Assembly (NCBI GenBank): GCA_947259705.1
Contig: CAMYNL010000002.1
Location: forward strand, 9,868-73,867
Direction of reading: 5' to 3'
Length of the DNA: 64,000 nt
Origin: an uncultured Gammaproteobacteria bacterium
Lineage (GTDB): Bacteria > Pseudomonadota > Gammaproteobacteria > Arenicellales > JAANXG01
Shown piece by piece: positions 1 through 10,048 of the stretch. The first letter of the stretch is position 1. Each line of letters opens with the position of its first letter. A model generated the notes under the pieces. It was not told the DNA's origin. It ran no database searches and was given only the letters and a program-made list of their open reading frames with translations. Both the position numbers and the translations under genes were made by a program.

Positions 1-1
1 G

Positions 2-124
2 GAGACCTTTGTGATCGATCGGCGCGGCGTCATCCGCTACAAGCACATCGGACCGGTGTCGGGTGCCGACCTGGACGAGAAGATCATCCCCATCATCCGG
101 CGCCTGGTGGAGGAGAAAGCATGA
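2..124 (+). CDS. ccmG: CcmG/DsbE thiol:disulfide oxidoreductase, C-terminal fragment (5' end outside window)
   Basis: Frame from nt 2 reads ETFVIDRRGVIRYKHIGPVSGADLDEKIIPIIRRLVEEKA*, matching the conserved CcmG C-terminal 'PETF(L/V)ID..G.IRY.H.G' block. Its TGA (122-124) overlaps the ccmH ATG (ATGA). Confidence 0.8.
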   Translation, partial: ETFVIDRRGVIRYKHIGPVSGADLDEKIIPIIRRLVEEKA

Positions 125-588
125 CGCCAAGGTGGGTCGTGATCGCCTTGCTGCTGTGCAGCCTGCCGCTGCAGGCCCGCATAGAGGCGCTGCAGTTCGA
201 GGATGCGCGGCAGGAACAACGCTACCGCAACCTGATCGCCGAGCTGCGCTGCCTGGTGTGCCAGAACCAGAACCTGGCCGATTCCAATGCCGAGCTGGCA
301 CAGGACTTGAGGCAGCAGACCTACGAGATGATACGCAAGGGAGCCAGCGACGACGAAATCGTCGACTACATGGTGAAACGTTATGGCGATTTCGTGCTCT
401 ACCGCCCGCCGGTAAAGACCAACACCGCCTTGTTGTGGATCGGTCCCTTCGTGCTGCTCGGCGCCGGGCTGGTGACGCTGATCGTCTTCGCGCGCAGGCG
501 CGGCCGCGCGGCGGCTGCGACGCTGGACGATGCCGAGCGGGAGCGCGTCAGGCGCCTGCTCGATGACGAAAAGGAATCGGTAAGCTAG
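121..588 (+). CDS. ccmH: cytochrome c-type biogenesis protein CcmH (CycL)
   Basis: 155 aa with signal peptide, the LRCLVCQNQNLADSNAELAQDLR motif (LRCxxC) and a C-terminal TM helix. Lies between ccmG and ccmI. Confidence 0.9.
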   Translation: MTPRWVVIALLLCSLPLQARIEALQFEDARQEQRYRNLIAELRCLVCQNQNLADSNAELAQDLRQQTYEMIRKGASDDEIVDYMVKRYGDFVLYRPPVKTNTALLWIGPFVLLGAGLVTLIVFARRRGRAAAATLDDAERERVRRLLDDEKESVS

Positions 589-1836
589 ATGGTCGTCTTC
601 TTTTTAGTCGCCGCAGCACTGTTGCTGCTGGTGCTGCTTCTGATTGTTCCCTCCCTTTCCGGTCGCGGCGGCGACTACGAGCAGCAGCGCGACGAACATA
701 ACATCGCCATTGCCCGCGAACGGCTGGCCGAACTCGACGCCAGGCACGAGCGCGGCGAGCCGGACCAGGGCAACTACGAACGCGAGCGCCTCGACATCGA
801 ACGCGCGCTGCTGGACGACCTCGACCGTGCCGGCGCCGCAGCTGCCGGCGCCGGCCCGCGCGGCGGGCCGTGGACAGCGATCGCGGTGGGCGTGGCGCTG
901 CCGATACTGGCCGGCGCCCTGTACCTGGGACTGGGCCGGCCCGAGGTCCTGTCCGGCGCGCCGGCCGCCAAGGTGGCGCAGGCACCCGCCGACGGTCAGC
1001 ACCCGGTGGACATGGAAGCCATGGTGGCGCAACTGGCGCAACGCCTCGCCCAGGACCCCGACAACGCCGAAGGGTGGGCCATGCTGGGCCGCTCCTACAT
1101 GGCCATGAGCCGGTATGCGGAGGCCGCCGATGCGTTCGGCAGACTGTACGAACTGGTGGGCGAACAGCCTGCGGTACTGGTGCGTTACGCGGACGCTATG
1201 GCCATGAGCAACGGCGGCAGCCTGGCCGGCAAGCCGCGGCAGCTGGTGGAGCGCGCCCTGGCCCTGCAGCCGGACAATACGCAGGGTCTGTGGATGGCCG
1301 GGACCGCGGCGCGGCAGGCCGCCGACCACCAGCTGGCGCTGGACTATTTCCGGCGGCTGGAGCCGCTGGTCGCCTCGCAACCGGACACCCAGGCCACCAT
1401 CCGGCAGTTGATCGCCGAGGCCGAACAGCAGCTGGGCGGCGCCGCGGCGCCGGCTCCGGGGCCCGCGGCCGGACCGGCGATGGCGGCGGCCAAGTCCGTC
1501 ACCGTGGAGGTGAACCTCGATCCCTCACTGAACGCCAGGGTGACCCCCGATGACACCGTGTTCATCTTCGCCCGCGCCCTGCAGGGGCCGCCCATGCCGC
1601 TGGCGGTGGTTCGCAAGCGCGCCGGTGAACTGCCGCTCACGGTGACCCTCGACGACAGCTCGGCGATGGCGCCGGCGCTGCGCCTGTCCAACTTCGACCA
1701 GGTGCGGGTGAGTGCACGCATCTCCAAGAGCGGCCAGGCGGTGGCCCAGAGCGGCGACCTGCAGGCCGAGGCGCTGCCGGTGTCAACGCTCGCCGGGGAA
1801 CCGGTCACCCTCAGCATCAACCAGGTCGTGCCCTGA
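589..1836 (+). CDS. ccmI: cytochrome c-type biogenesis protein CcmI (CycH), TPR-containing
   Basis: 415 aa with two N-terminal TM helices and TPR-like repeats (EGWAMLGRSYMAMSRYAEAADAF...). The ATG immediately follows the ccmH stop. Confidence 0.8.
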   Translation: MVVFFLVAAALLLLVLLLIVPSLSGRGGDYEQQRDEHNIAIARERLAELDARHERGEPDQGNYERERLDIERALLDDLDRAGAAAAGAGPRGGPWTAIAVGVALPILAGALYLGLGRPEVLSGAPAAKVAQAPADGQHPVDMEAMVAQLAQRLAQDPDNAEGWAMLGRSYMAMSRYAEAADAFGRLYELVGEQPAVLVRYADAMAMSNGGSLAGKPRQLVERALALQPDNTQGLWMAGTAARQAADHQLALDYFRRLEPLVASQPDTQATIRQLIAEAEQQLGGAAAPAPGPAAGPAMAAAKSVTVEVNLDPSLNARVTPDDTVFIFARALQGPPMPLAVVRKRAGELPLTVTLDDSSAMAPALRLSNFDQVRVSARISKSGQAVAQSGDLQAEALPVSTLAGEPVTLSINQVVP

Positions 1837-1852
1837 CGCGCGGCCACGGTAA

Positions 1853-2068
1853 CCGGTATATTGCGCCAGGGCGGCGCAAAGAGGACCAAACTTTTTGTCT
1901 GGTGCGAAACAACTGTCGACATCCAGCGTGACGCCTGATGCGCGGGTACCGGCCCATCCCGGCCCCGGCGGAAGATAAAAGTACGGGCACGACATCGGCA
2001 AGGCCGCGGCGGACATCCCGCGCGGCGGTCATGCCCATGTCCACAACGTCAAGACCAAGCGGTGGTAG
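1853..2068 (+). pseudogene. remnant of a SAF-domain small subunit of a UxaA/GarD-type sugar-acid dehydratase (in-frame TAA at 1976-1978)
   Basis: The frame ending at TAG 2066-2068 reads ...VPAHPGPGGR*KYGHDIGKAAADIPRGGHAHVHNVKTKRW*. KYGH.IG.A..DI..G.H.HVHN is the conserved C-terminal block of SAF/UxaA N-terminal domains. The upstream part is too short and is interrupted by a stop. Confidence 0.5.
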
Positions 2069-2070
2069 GC

Positions 2071-2861
2071 ATGGCCGACTACACATTCCAGGGCTATCGA
2101 CGCGAGCCATGCGGCGTGGCGGAACTGTGGGTATCGGTGACATGCGGCGAATCCGACACCACCTCGGGCCTGGCCGCGAACCCGACCGTGGGCAATCTGA
2201 TCGACAAGCTGGGTCCCCTGGGCGCCACCACCTGCTTCGGCGAGACCTCGGAGTTGACCCGCGCCGAGCAGGTCTCCGCCAGCCGTGCCAAGACCCCCGA
2301 GGTGGCGAACAAGTTCCTCGGCACCTGGCAGGCATACATGGACGAGGTGGTCGAGCCTTTCAAGACCAGTGATCTCTCCGCGAGCCAGCCCACCAAGGGC
2401 AACATCGAGGGCGGGCTGACCCCCATCGAGGAAAGGCGTTCGGCAATCTGGAGAAGATCGGCAAGCACACCCGGTTCATCGACGTGCCGGGGCCGGCCGA
2501 GACGCCCGGCCGCGGTCCCGGAGTCTACTTCACGGATACCTCCTCGGCGGCCGCCGAGTGCGTCACCCTGCAGGCGGCGGCGGGATTCGTGGTCCACCGG
2601 TTTCCCACCGGGCAGGAAAATATCATTGGCAATCCCATCGAACCCGTCATAAAGTTGACCGGCAACCCGCGAACTGTCCGCACCATGAGCGGACACATCG
2701 ACCTCGATGTGTCCGGCCTGCTGCGGCGCGAGATGAACATGGACCAGGCCGGAGACCAGTTGATCGATATCACCCTGGGCACCGCCAGCGACCGCCTGAC
2801 GGCAGCCGAGGCGCTGGGGCCCCGGGAGTTCGTGCTCACCAAACCGTATCGCAGCGCGTAA
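2071..2861 (+). pseudogene. UxaA-family dehydratase large subunit, decayed (frameshift near 2431-2436 plus apparent internal deletion)
   Basis: MADYTFQGYRRE... joins directly to ...ELWVSVTCGESDTTSGLAANPTVG, which resembles the '..CGGSD.TSG..ANP' block that normally lies about 150 aa downstream. The frame changes after [12 protein letters not shown]. The other frame continues [12 protein letters not shown]...GVYFTDTSS...[30 protein letters not shown]...GPREFVL, a typical UxaA C-terminus. Confidence 0.65.
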
Positions 2862-2893
2862 GCGCAATCACCATAAGTTCTGGAGGAAGCTAG

Positions 2894-3850
2894 ATGAAAA
2901 ACCGCAGATCCGTCGTGCTGGCCGCGGCCATGGCCGCCATGCTGGGCACAGGCGCCGCAGGCGCCGCCGATTATCCGTCGAAACCCGTCAGCTACGTGAT
3001 CCCCTTCGGGCCCGGCGGCGAGTCCGACATCACCGCGCGCCATCAGCAGGCTTTCTTCAACAAGAAGTTCGGCCAGGACCTGATCATCTCCTACAAGCCC
3101 GGCGGCGGTGGTGCCGTGGGCTGGTCCCAGTTGAACGATATGCCCGGCGACGGCTACAACCTCATGGGCGTCAACCTGCCGCATATAGTGGTCAAGCCGC
3201 GCCAGAAGGATGTCGGCTTCAAGACCGAGGACCTCGCAGTCGTGTACATGTTCCATTACACGCCGGACGCCATCGTGGTGGAGGCCAACAGCCCCTTCAA
3301 GACGGTGCAGGACGTCATCGACTACGCCAGGCAGAACCCGGGCAAGATGACCTTCTCCGGCTCCGGCAAGGGTACCGCCAACCACCTCGCCCAGGTCACC
3401 TTCGACAAGCTGGCCGGCATCAAGACCACCTACGTGGCCTTCAAGGGCACCGGTGCCTCGGTGACCGCCCTGCTCGGCGAACAGGTCATGGGTCAGTGGG
3501 GCTATACCTCGGTGGGCGCCAAGCACGAAGGCAAGGTGCGCCTGCTGGCGGTGGCGATGGACGAGCGCCATCCCAAGTTCCCCGAGGTGCCGACCTTCAA
3601 GGAGCTGGGTTTCGACATCGTCTCGGGCGCCTACCGCGGCATCGCGGTGCCCAGCTCAACCCCGGAGGATGTGCGCGTGCAGCTGTCCAAGATGATTGGT
3701 GAGATCAACGCCGACGCGGATTTCAGAAAGCGCATGGAGAACGATGGTTTCGCGCTGGTGGAAGTCGACTATGCCGGCATGAAGTCATTCCTCGACGAGA
3801 AGAGCCAGGGTTACATCGAGGCCGCGAGGGAAGCCGGGGTCATCAAGTAG
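2894..3850 (+). CDS. tctC: tripartite tricarboxylate transporter (TTT) substrate-binding protein, TctC/Bug family
   Basis: 318 aa with signal peptide. YPSKPVSYVIPFGPGGESDITARH...YKPGGGGAVGW is typical of the Bug/TctC family. SD GGAGGA lies upstream. Confidence 0.9.
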   Translation: MKNRRSVVLAAAMAAMLGTGAAGAADYPSKPVSYVIPFGPGGESDITARHQQAFFNKKFGQDLIISYKPGGGGAVGWSQLNDMPGDGYNLMGVNLPHIVVKPRQKDVGFKTEDLAVVYMFHYTPDAIVVEANSPFKTVQDVIDYARQNPGKMTFSGSGKGTANHLAQVTFDKLAGIKTTYVAFKGTGASVTALLGEQVMGQWGYTSVGAKHEGKVRLLAVAMDERHPKFPEVPTFKELGFDIVSGAYRGIAVPSSTPEDVRVQLSKMIGEINADADFRKRMENDGFALVEVDYAGMKSFLDEKSQGYIEAAREAGVIK

Positions 3851-3859
3851 ACCAGGTTC

Positions 3860-3885
3860 CGCGCCCGCCGACCGCGGCGGGCGCG
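3860..3885 (+). other. GC-rich stem-loop just after tctC (possible attenuator or mRNA stabiliser)
   Basis: cgcgcccgccg-accg-cggcgggcgcg forms a perfect 11-bp stem, 10 nt after the tctC stop. There is no clear U-run. Confidence 0.4.
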
Positions 3886-4158
3886 TTCCCTCGCGAAGAC
3901 CGGTATGTCCAGCCTGCACGGCTTGCCAGGCGGCCGGAAGCACATTGTCAACGTATTGCCAGCATAAGGATGCCGGGGCTTTGACTGATATACAGGCTGC
4001 TGCGGTAAGCGCCAACCCGGCCCCGGCTGGTCCGGCGGTCGTCGTTGAAGCGGGACCGCACTCGAGGTATCAGCACCGCGGTGAGTGGTGTTTCGATCCG
4101 ATTTCATCCGCACCCGGGGCCAACATGCCCGGGCCAGGACCCGGGGTAGCGCTCGACC

Positions 4159-5673
4159 ATGCAGGCTAGCGTCGGCTATCTGCTGGAGGCATTGACGCCT
4201 TTTCACGTCCTGCTGGCCCTCGGCGGGGTAATCGCCGGCACGGTGGTCGGTTCGCTGCCCGGGCTCACCGCCACCATGGCGGTGGCAGTGCTGGTCCCGA
4301 TCACCTTCACCATGGAACCGGCCGCGGCGCTGATACTGATGGGCGCCATCTATACCGGCGCGATCTACGGCGGCGCCTATGCGGCGATCCTGCTCAACAC
4401 GCCGGGCACGCCCTCTGCCATCGCCACCACCTTCGACGGCTACCCGATGGCCAAGCGCGGCGACGGTGATCTGGCCATCACACTCGCCTGCCTGGCGTCG
4501 GTGTGCGGGGGGCTGGTGGGCGCGCTGTTCCTGCTCAGCCTGGCGCCGCCGCTGGCCAACGTGGCGCTGGCCTTCGGTCCGGTGGAATATTTCTGGCTGG
4601 CGATCCTGGGCCTCACCCTGATCGCCGCCCTGTCCCAGGGCAATTTGCTCAAGGGACTGGTCGGGGCCTGCTTCGGGCTGCTGCTGTCCTGCGTCGGGGT
4701 GGCGGAGATCAGCGCCGACGTGCGCCTCACCTTCGGCAGCCAGAACCTGCTTGGCGGCATCGAGGTGGTGTCGGCGCTGATCGGACTGTACTGCATCCCG
4801 GTGCTGATCGACCTGGTCGCCACGCCCGACCGTCACCTGAAGGTGGACCAGGACGTCAGCCGCGGCTTCCGGCTGACCGAGGCGCTGCGCATTTCGTGGC
4901 GCGGCAAGTTCAATCTCGCGCGCAGCTCGGTGATCGGCACCCTGGTCGGCATCCTGCCCGGCGCCGGCGGCTCCATCGCCGGCCTGGTCGCCTATTCCGA
5001 GGCGCGTCGCGTGGCACGGGACAATTCGCGCTTCGGCAAGGGTGCCCCGGAGGGGGTGCAGGCCACGGAGTCGGCCAACAACGCCACCGTCGGCGGCGGC
5101 TTCATCCCCACCCTGGTGCTGGGCATCCCCGGCACGCCGCCGGATGCCGTCATCCTGGGCGCGCTGCTGATCCAGGGGGTGAAGACCGGACCCAACCTGT
5201 TCACCGAGCAGGGCTCCATCGTTTACGTGTTCATCTGGGGCCTGCTCATCGCCACCGTGCTGATGCTGCCGACCGGGCTGCTCATCGGCCGCTACGCCTA
5301 CCGCTCCATCGTCGCCGTGCCCAAGGCAATGCTGGTGCCCACGGTAGCCTTCATGACCCTGATCGGCACCTATGCCATTCGCAACAGCGTGTCCGATGTC
5401 GTCATCATGATCCTGCTCGGCGCCATCGGCTGGCTGCTGGGACGCTTCGGCTTCAGCGCCTCCCCCATCGTGCTGGGACTGATCCTGGGCTCCATCGCCG
5501 AGCAGGGCTTCGTGCAGGGCTGGACCATCGGCGCCGCCACCGAGAACCTCACGGGGCAGTTCTTCGGCCGGCCCATCGCCATCGGTATCCTGCTGTTTAT
5601 CCTGGTTTCCCTGTTTTCGCCGTTGTTGATGCGCCGTCTGCGGCCACGCGCAGGTGTGCCTGGTGGCAACTGA
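4159..5673 (+). CDS. tctA: TTT transporter large permease TctA
   Basis: 504 aa polytopic membrane protein. GSLPGLTATMAVAVLVPITF and GILPGAGGSIAGLVAYSEA motifs are typical of TctA. Confidence 0.9.
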   Translation: MQASVGYLLEALTPFHVLLALGGVIAGTVVGSLPGLTATMAVAVLVPITFTMEPAAALILMGAIYTGAIYGGAYAAILLNTPGTPSAIATTFDGYPMAKRGDGDLAITLACLASVCGGLVGALFLLSLAPPLANVALAFGPVEYFWLAILGLTLIAALSQGNLLKGLVGACFGLLLSCVGVAEISADVRLTFGSQNLLGGIEVVSALIGLYCIPVLIDLVATPDRHLKVDQDVSRGFRLTEALRISWRGKFNLARSSVIGTLVGILPGAGGSIAGLVAYSEARRVARDNSRFGKGAPEGVQATESANNATVGGGFIPTLVLGIPGTPPDAVILGALLIQGVKTGPNLFTEQGSIVYVFIWGLLIATVLMLPTGLLIGRYAYRSIVAVPKAMLVPTVAFMTLIGTYAIRNSVSDVVIMILLGAIGWLLGRFGFSASPIVLGLILGSIAEQGFVQGWTIGAATENLTGQFFGRPIAIGILLFILVSLFSPLLMRRLRPRAGVPGGN

Positions 5674-5695
5674 GGGGCGGCGCGACACCGGCGGC

Positions 5696-6130
5696 ATGGT
5701 GGTCGCCGCCATCTTCATCTTCGTGGGTGGCCTGGCGGTGTGGGACAGCCTGGACTACACCGACGCCGACTCGTTCGTGTTCCCGCGCACCATCGCCGCC
5801 GCCATGATCGTGTTCTCGCTGGCACTCATCGGCTGGAACCTGGCGCGACCGGTGGCGCCGGAACCGGCCGCCCCCGGCTCGACGCCGCGCCGCGTCGGGC
5901 TGGTCGTAGCCATGCTGGCGGTTGCGCTCAGCATGCCCTACACGGGTTTTCTGATCGCCGGCCTGGGCGCCTTCGCGGCCATCACCGCGCTGGCCATGTA
6001 TGATCCCTGGACCCGCGGGCGCCTGTTGTTGTACCCACTGGTCGGCGCGGCTATCGTATTTGGCTTCTACGTGCTGTTCACCAAGGTGCTGCTGGTGCCG
6101 CTGCCGGTAGGCAGGTTCTTCCAGGGCTAG
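5696..6130 (+). CDS. tctB: TTT transporter small permease TctB
   Basis: About 144 aa with 4 predicted TM helices, directly after tctA. ATG at 5696 is preferred over the GTG at 5654 that overlaps tctA. Confidence 0.7.
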   Translation: MVVAAIFIFVGGLAVWDSLDYTDADSFVFPRTIAAAMIVFSLALIGWNLARPVAPEPAAPGSTPRRVGLVVAMLAVALSMPYTGFLIAGLGAFAAITALAMYDPWTRGRLLLYPLVGAAIVFGFYVLFTKVLLVPLPVGRFFQG

Positions 6131-6374
6131 ACAGCGAATTGGGTCGGCTATCGGGATGTGTAATGTATGTATCAGCATCCCGAGAGCAAACACCTTGAGC
6201 TATCCGATGCCTTGGCTACCCGGTGGCAGGGCATCATGGCAACTCGTCTGTGTAGATGCTATGCGTGAATTACCCGGGTCGCTATCGCAGAGAAACCCGC
6301 CCACCCGCTGGATGGCCCGGGATGCAGCAGGGTCACAATGCGCTTGTCGTCGCCAAGTGTGCGGGTGTGGCCCC

Positions 6375-8312
6375 CTACTTCTCGGGTGTGTACCAGATCG
6401 GTGATGTATAGGCACGTTCCTGCTGGCTCTTGGGGGCATCCTTGGGAACTTCGATGCCAAACCGGAACGCATCGTAGGCGTACCAGGGTGGCGTGGGGAT
6501 CTCCAGAACGCGCACGTAGTAGAAGGCACTATCCGCAGGATCGAATTCCGGATCGGTCCACACAGCTCCGAGTTCAGATGCACCGATGGTATTGGTCCAG
6601 CTTGCTGACGCAACGTCAACAGTATCGCCGACCGCTGGCAGATTTCCGTCGGCGCCAGGCTTACGGGCATCCGACCAGGCGACGTTATAGACTTTCTCGT
6701 GTGTCTTACCGGCGCTGTCGAGCCAGCCCTTCACTATCTGGATGCGGTCCAGGTTTGCCCCGATCGGATCACGCAGTGCGTATGCCATGAAAGTGGGCGC
6801 TTTCGAACCTTCGGGGGCAGGAGCCAGGTCTCCCCCCATTGGAACTCCTTTTTCATAACCGCGGAATGCCGGTTCACGACTGCTGAGGTCACTATCGGTA
6901 TATTGCCAGCCGCCAAAGAAGCGAACGACCATACGGGGGCCGGTTGTCGCGTAGAGTTCCTTGCGATCCATCGCATCGAAGAGCGAGGCGCGGGTGTTTT
7001 CATGCGCCCATACCGCGGTGTAGCCAGACGCCACCATCTGCCAGCTGAAAATCTCGCCGTTTTCGGACTTCATGAACGGGTGGGTGAGCCGTTCCGGGGA
7101 CGGTTCATAGCCGGCATGCTTGCCCCAGAAATTGTTTTCTTCCGCGGTGGCCAGCGATGTGTGACTGTCGGTGGCGCCGGTGAAACCGAATTTATAGGGG
7201 TTGGTTCCCAGTTCCTGCTCCAGTGCCAGCCCGTTCTTCAGGGCTTCACGGGCGTATTCGTATTGGAGCATGTCGTCCGTTTTGGCCTCGGAAACATCGA
7301 GGTTGCCGACATCCCAGGTACCGTAATCGGCGAATGCATCATCCGGTGACAGGAAGGGGTGTGCCTCACCATCGCCCTTGATCTGAGTGATCTCGTAGAT
7401 CGGTTCCCATTTGGCGCGCTGCTTGACATAAAATTCATCGATCTTTTTGCCCGTGTACTGGGCGTCAACCGGAAACATGATCCCGTTGGACAGGTTGCCG
7501 TTGTGCGCGAACGCCATGGCTACGCCGTTGGTTCGTGCCTCGTAATCCTCAAGGTATTTGTATAGATCGAGTGGATCGGTGCTGCCCATTGGCGGGAACG
7601 TGGTATAGGCGAGGACCTGGCGGGCCCGGTCCGCGCCATCTCGGAATATCACGTTCCGGTGCATGTTTCCCCCCTTCACAAGCGAAGTCCATTCAAACGC
7701 AATGAATGCAGTAAAACGGCCGGGATCGTTAAATTCTTCTGCGTTATTGATGACGTCGTCCCAGATCGTGGCATAACGCCTTGAGCCGGGCGAGTAATTG
7801 GCAAACATTTCAGGGTCCACCTTGCCCTGCGAAAACGTGGTAATCAAATCCAGGGTGGCATTTACCGCCTCCTGTCCACCGGCCCGAAATCCTTTTGACC
7901 AGCGTGCACCCTGCTCAAACTTGGTCACTTGAGGCGCCGCCGCGATTACATCGTCGAAGAATCCCATGCCGTCGGAATGATCCGTGATTGCGATCCAGTC
8001 CAGGGGCCGGGCGAGTCGCACCGGCTGGCCGGTTGACGAGATCACTTCTTCACCCCTGGCGAATCGGTAGGCCTCCCGAGGGGGGAGCCGGTTACCGAAT
8101 CCACCGGCATCCATCGACAGGGAGGTGTGCAGATGAGAGTCGCCCCAGAGGGGCCGTTCCGGGAACTTGCGTCCTGCATAGGGCGAATAGGCCTTGCCGG
8201 CGTATCGCTCAGAAAGCTGTTTCTCGTCGGGCTGCCATTCCTGTGCCACAGATGCGGTTGTCAGTGCGAACAGGCAGATCGTTATGCAACCCGAAGTAAT
8301 CTTCTTCATCAA
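6375..8312 (-). CDS. DUF3604 domain protein (secreted, PHP-like metal-dependent hydrolase fold)
   Basis: 645 aa with signal peptide. [17 protein letters not shown]...[10 protein letters not shown] is an N-terminal His/Asp metal motif typical of DUF3604. Visibly more AT-rich than its neighbours. Confidence 0.75.
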   Translation of the reverse strand: MMKKITSGCITICLFALTTASVAQEWQPDEKQLSERYAGKAYSPYAGRKFPERPLWGDSHLHTSLSMDAGGFGNRLPPREAYRFARGEEVISSTGQPVRLARPLDWIAITDHSDGMGFFDDVIAAAPQVTKFEQGARWSKGFRAGGQEAVNATLDLITTFSQGKVDPEMFANYSPGSRRYATIWDDVINNAEEFNDPGRFTAFIAFEWTSLVKGGNMHRNVIFRDGADRARQVLAYTTFPPMGSTDPLDLYKYLEDYEARTNGVAMAFAHNGNLSNGIMFPVDAQYTGKKIDEFYVKQRAKWEPIYEITQIKGDGEAHPFLSPDDAFADYGTWDVGNLDVSEAKTDDMLQYEYAREALKNGLALEQELGTNPYKFGFTGATDSHTSLATAEENNFWGKHAGYEPSPERLTHPFMKSENGEIFSWQMVASGYTAVWAHENTRASLFDAMDRKELYATTGPRMVVRFFGGWQYTDSDLSSREPAFRGYEKGVPMGGDLAPAPEGSKAPTFMAYALRDPIGANLDRIQIVKGWLDSAGKTHEKVYNVAWSDARKPGADGNLPAVGDTVDVASASWTNTIGASELGAVWTDPEFDPADSAFYYVRVLEIPTPPWYAYDAFRFGIEVPKDAPKSQQERAYTSPIWYTPEK

Positions 8313-8875
8313 CTCCTCCCAAATAGTCCTTAAGACAAGATCTCCGGTTCACTTTAACAAACTCACAGGGATCATGGAATGAGTGACGTTTCGAGTCATT
8401 TCGGCTGCACGGGATTGGGCTGAGCGTTGTACCGTATGGATGTATCGCATGATCTCTTAATTCAGTTCAGCGACACAGCTCGATATGCCGGATTCCCCAG
8501 GCAACACCTCGCATTGAACATGAGATCGCCCAGGCCCATTGTTCGAGCCTCGTCAACAGACCAAGGCAGGAAATGCCGTTTTGATGGCCGGGAGACCCGC
8601 ACTCGATTTCGTACATAGGGTGATCAAGCGAACTTGGTTTATCAACCTGGCAACGGTGAGGGGGCCTTGACCCCTGAATCGAGATGGCGTAAAGCGGGTC
8701 TTCATCCAACAGGGCTTATAGGGAAACAGAGCGGTTGCGATGTTAGCATCCGCGAGTGTCGCCGATCTGGTTTCGTCCGTCTTGAGGTGCCGGAAAGGGC
8801 GTGCAAGCGGCGATATGACATGGGCAGCTCCAGACGGCGTCCGGGGTTCTTTTACTCACTGCAGGCCAGCCAAGC

Positions 8876-10045
8876 ATGCGCATCACCGAGATCCGGGAAA
8901 ACACGGCTTCCATCAGCTCCTCCATCCGCAACGCCTACATCAGCTTCAGCCGCATGACCATCAGCGTGGTGGCGGTGATCACCGATGTCGTGCGCGGTGG
9001 CCGGCCGGTGGTCGGCTACGGCTTCTGCTCCAACGGCCGCTATGCCCAGGGCGGCATCCTGCGGGAGCGTTTCATCCCGCGCGTGCTGGAAACCCCGCCC
9101 CGCGACCTGCTCGACGAGGCCCACGACAACCTGGACCCGTTCAGGATCTGGGACAGCTTCATGGCCGATGAAAAACCGGGTGGCCACGGCGACCGGGCGG
9201 TGGCCGCCGGCGCCCTGGACATGGCGGTGTGGGACGCGGTGGCCAAGCTCGCCGAACAGCCGCTGTGGCGGCTGCTGGCGGAGCGCTACAATGGCGGCCG
9301 CCACGATGAGCGGGTACTGGTCTACCCCGGGGGGGGTTACTACTACCCGGGCAAGGGCCTGGAACAGCTGCAGGACGAGATGCGCGGCTATCGTGACCAG
9401 GGCTACCAGGTGGTCAAGATGAAGATCGGCGGCGCTGCCCTGGAGGAGGACCTGCAACGCATCGAGGCGGTGCTGGGGATCGTCGGCTCCGGCCGGGCGC
9501 TGGCGGTGGACGCCAACGGCCGTTTCGACCTTGGCACGGCGCTGGCCTATGGCGAAGCGATGCGGGAGTTCGAACTGTTCTGGTACGAGGAGCCCGCCGA
9601 CCCGCTGGATTACCTGCTGCACGCGACGCTGGCCGAGCATTACCCGCACAGCCTGGCCACCGGCGAGAACCTGTTCTCACGCCAGGACCTGGTCAACCTG
9701 TTGCGCCACGGCGGGCTGCGCCCCGACCGCGACTGGCTGCAGCTGGACCCGGCCTTGAGCTACGGCTTGACCGAGTACCTGCGGGTCATCGGCAGCGTCG
9801 AAGACCATGGCTGGAGCCGGCGGCGCCTGATCCCCCACGGCGGCCACCAGCTGGCGTTGAACGTCGCCGCCGGCCTGCAGACCGGGGGTTCCGAGTCCTA
9901 TCCCGGCGTGTTCCAGCCCTATGGCGGTTTCGCCGACGACATCGCCGTCGAGGAGGGTTACACCCGGCCCCACGACACCCCGGGTATCGGGGTGGAACGC
10001 CGTGCGAAAATGTATGCCGAACTGCGCCGGCTGACGGAGACCTGA
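8876..10045 (+). CDS. enolase-superfamily enzyme, mandelate-racemase subgroup, D-tartrate-dehydratase (TarD)-like
   Basis: 389 aa. It carries VVKMKIGG (KxK) and the metal-ligand blocks AVDANGRF, FWYEEP and ATGENLF, plus IPHGGH. The N-terminus SSSIRNAYISFSRMTISVVAVITDVVR and GGYYYPGKG closely resemble my recollection of Bradyrhizobium TarD. Confidence 0.75.
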   Translation: MRITEIRENTASISSSIRNAYISFSRMTISVVAVITDVVRGGRPVVGYGFCSNGRYAQGGILRERFIPRVLETPPRDLLDEAHDNLDPFRIWDSFMADEKPGGHGDRAVAAGALDMAVWDAVAKLAEQPLWRLLAERYNGGRHDERVLVYPGGGYYYPGKGLEQLQDEMRGYRDQGYQVVKMKIGGAALEEDLQRIEAVLGIVGSGRALAVDANGRFDLGTALAYGEAMREFELFWYEEPADPLDYLLHATLAEHYPHSLATGENLFSRQDLVNLLRHGGLRPDRDWLQLDPALSYGLTEYLRVIGSVEDHGWSRRRLIPHGGHQLALNVAAGLQTGGSESYPGVFQPYGGFADDIAVEEGYTRPHDTPGIGVERRAKMYAELRRLTET

Positions 10046-10048
10046 GCG

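Noticed and set aside
3811-5718. 635-aa ORF on the minus strand
   Set aside because: It is exactly antisense to tctA. Its composition is Arg/Gly/Ala/His/Asp-rich and low-complexity, with no motifs. This is a typical shadow ORF of high-GC coding DNA.
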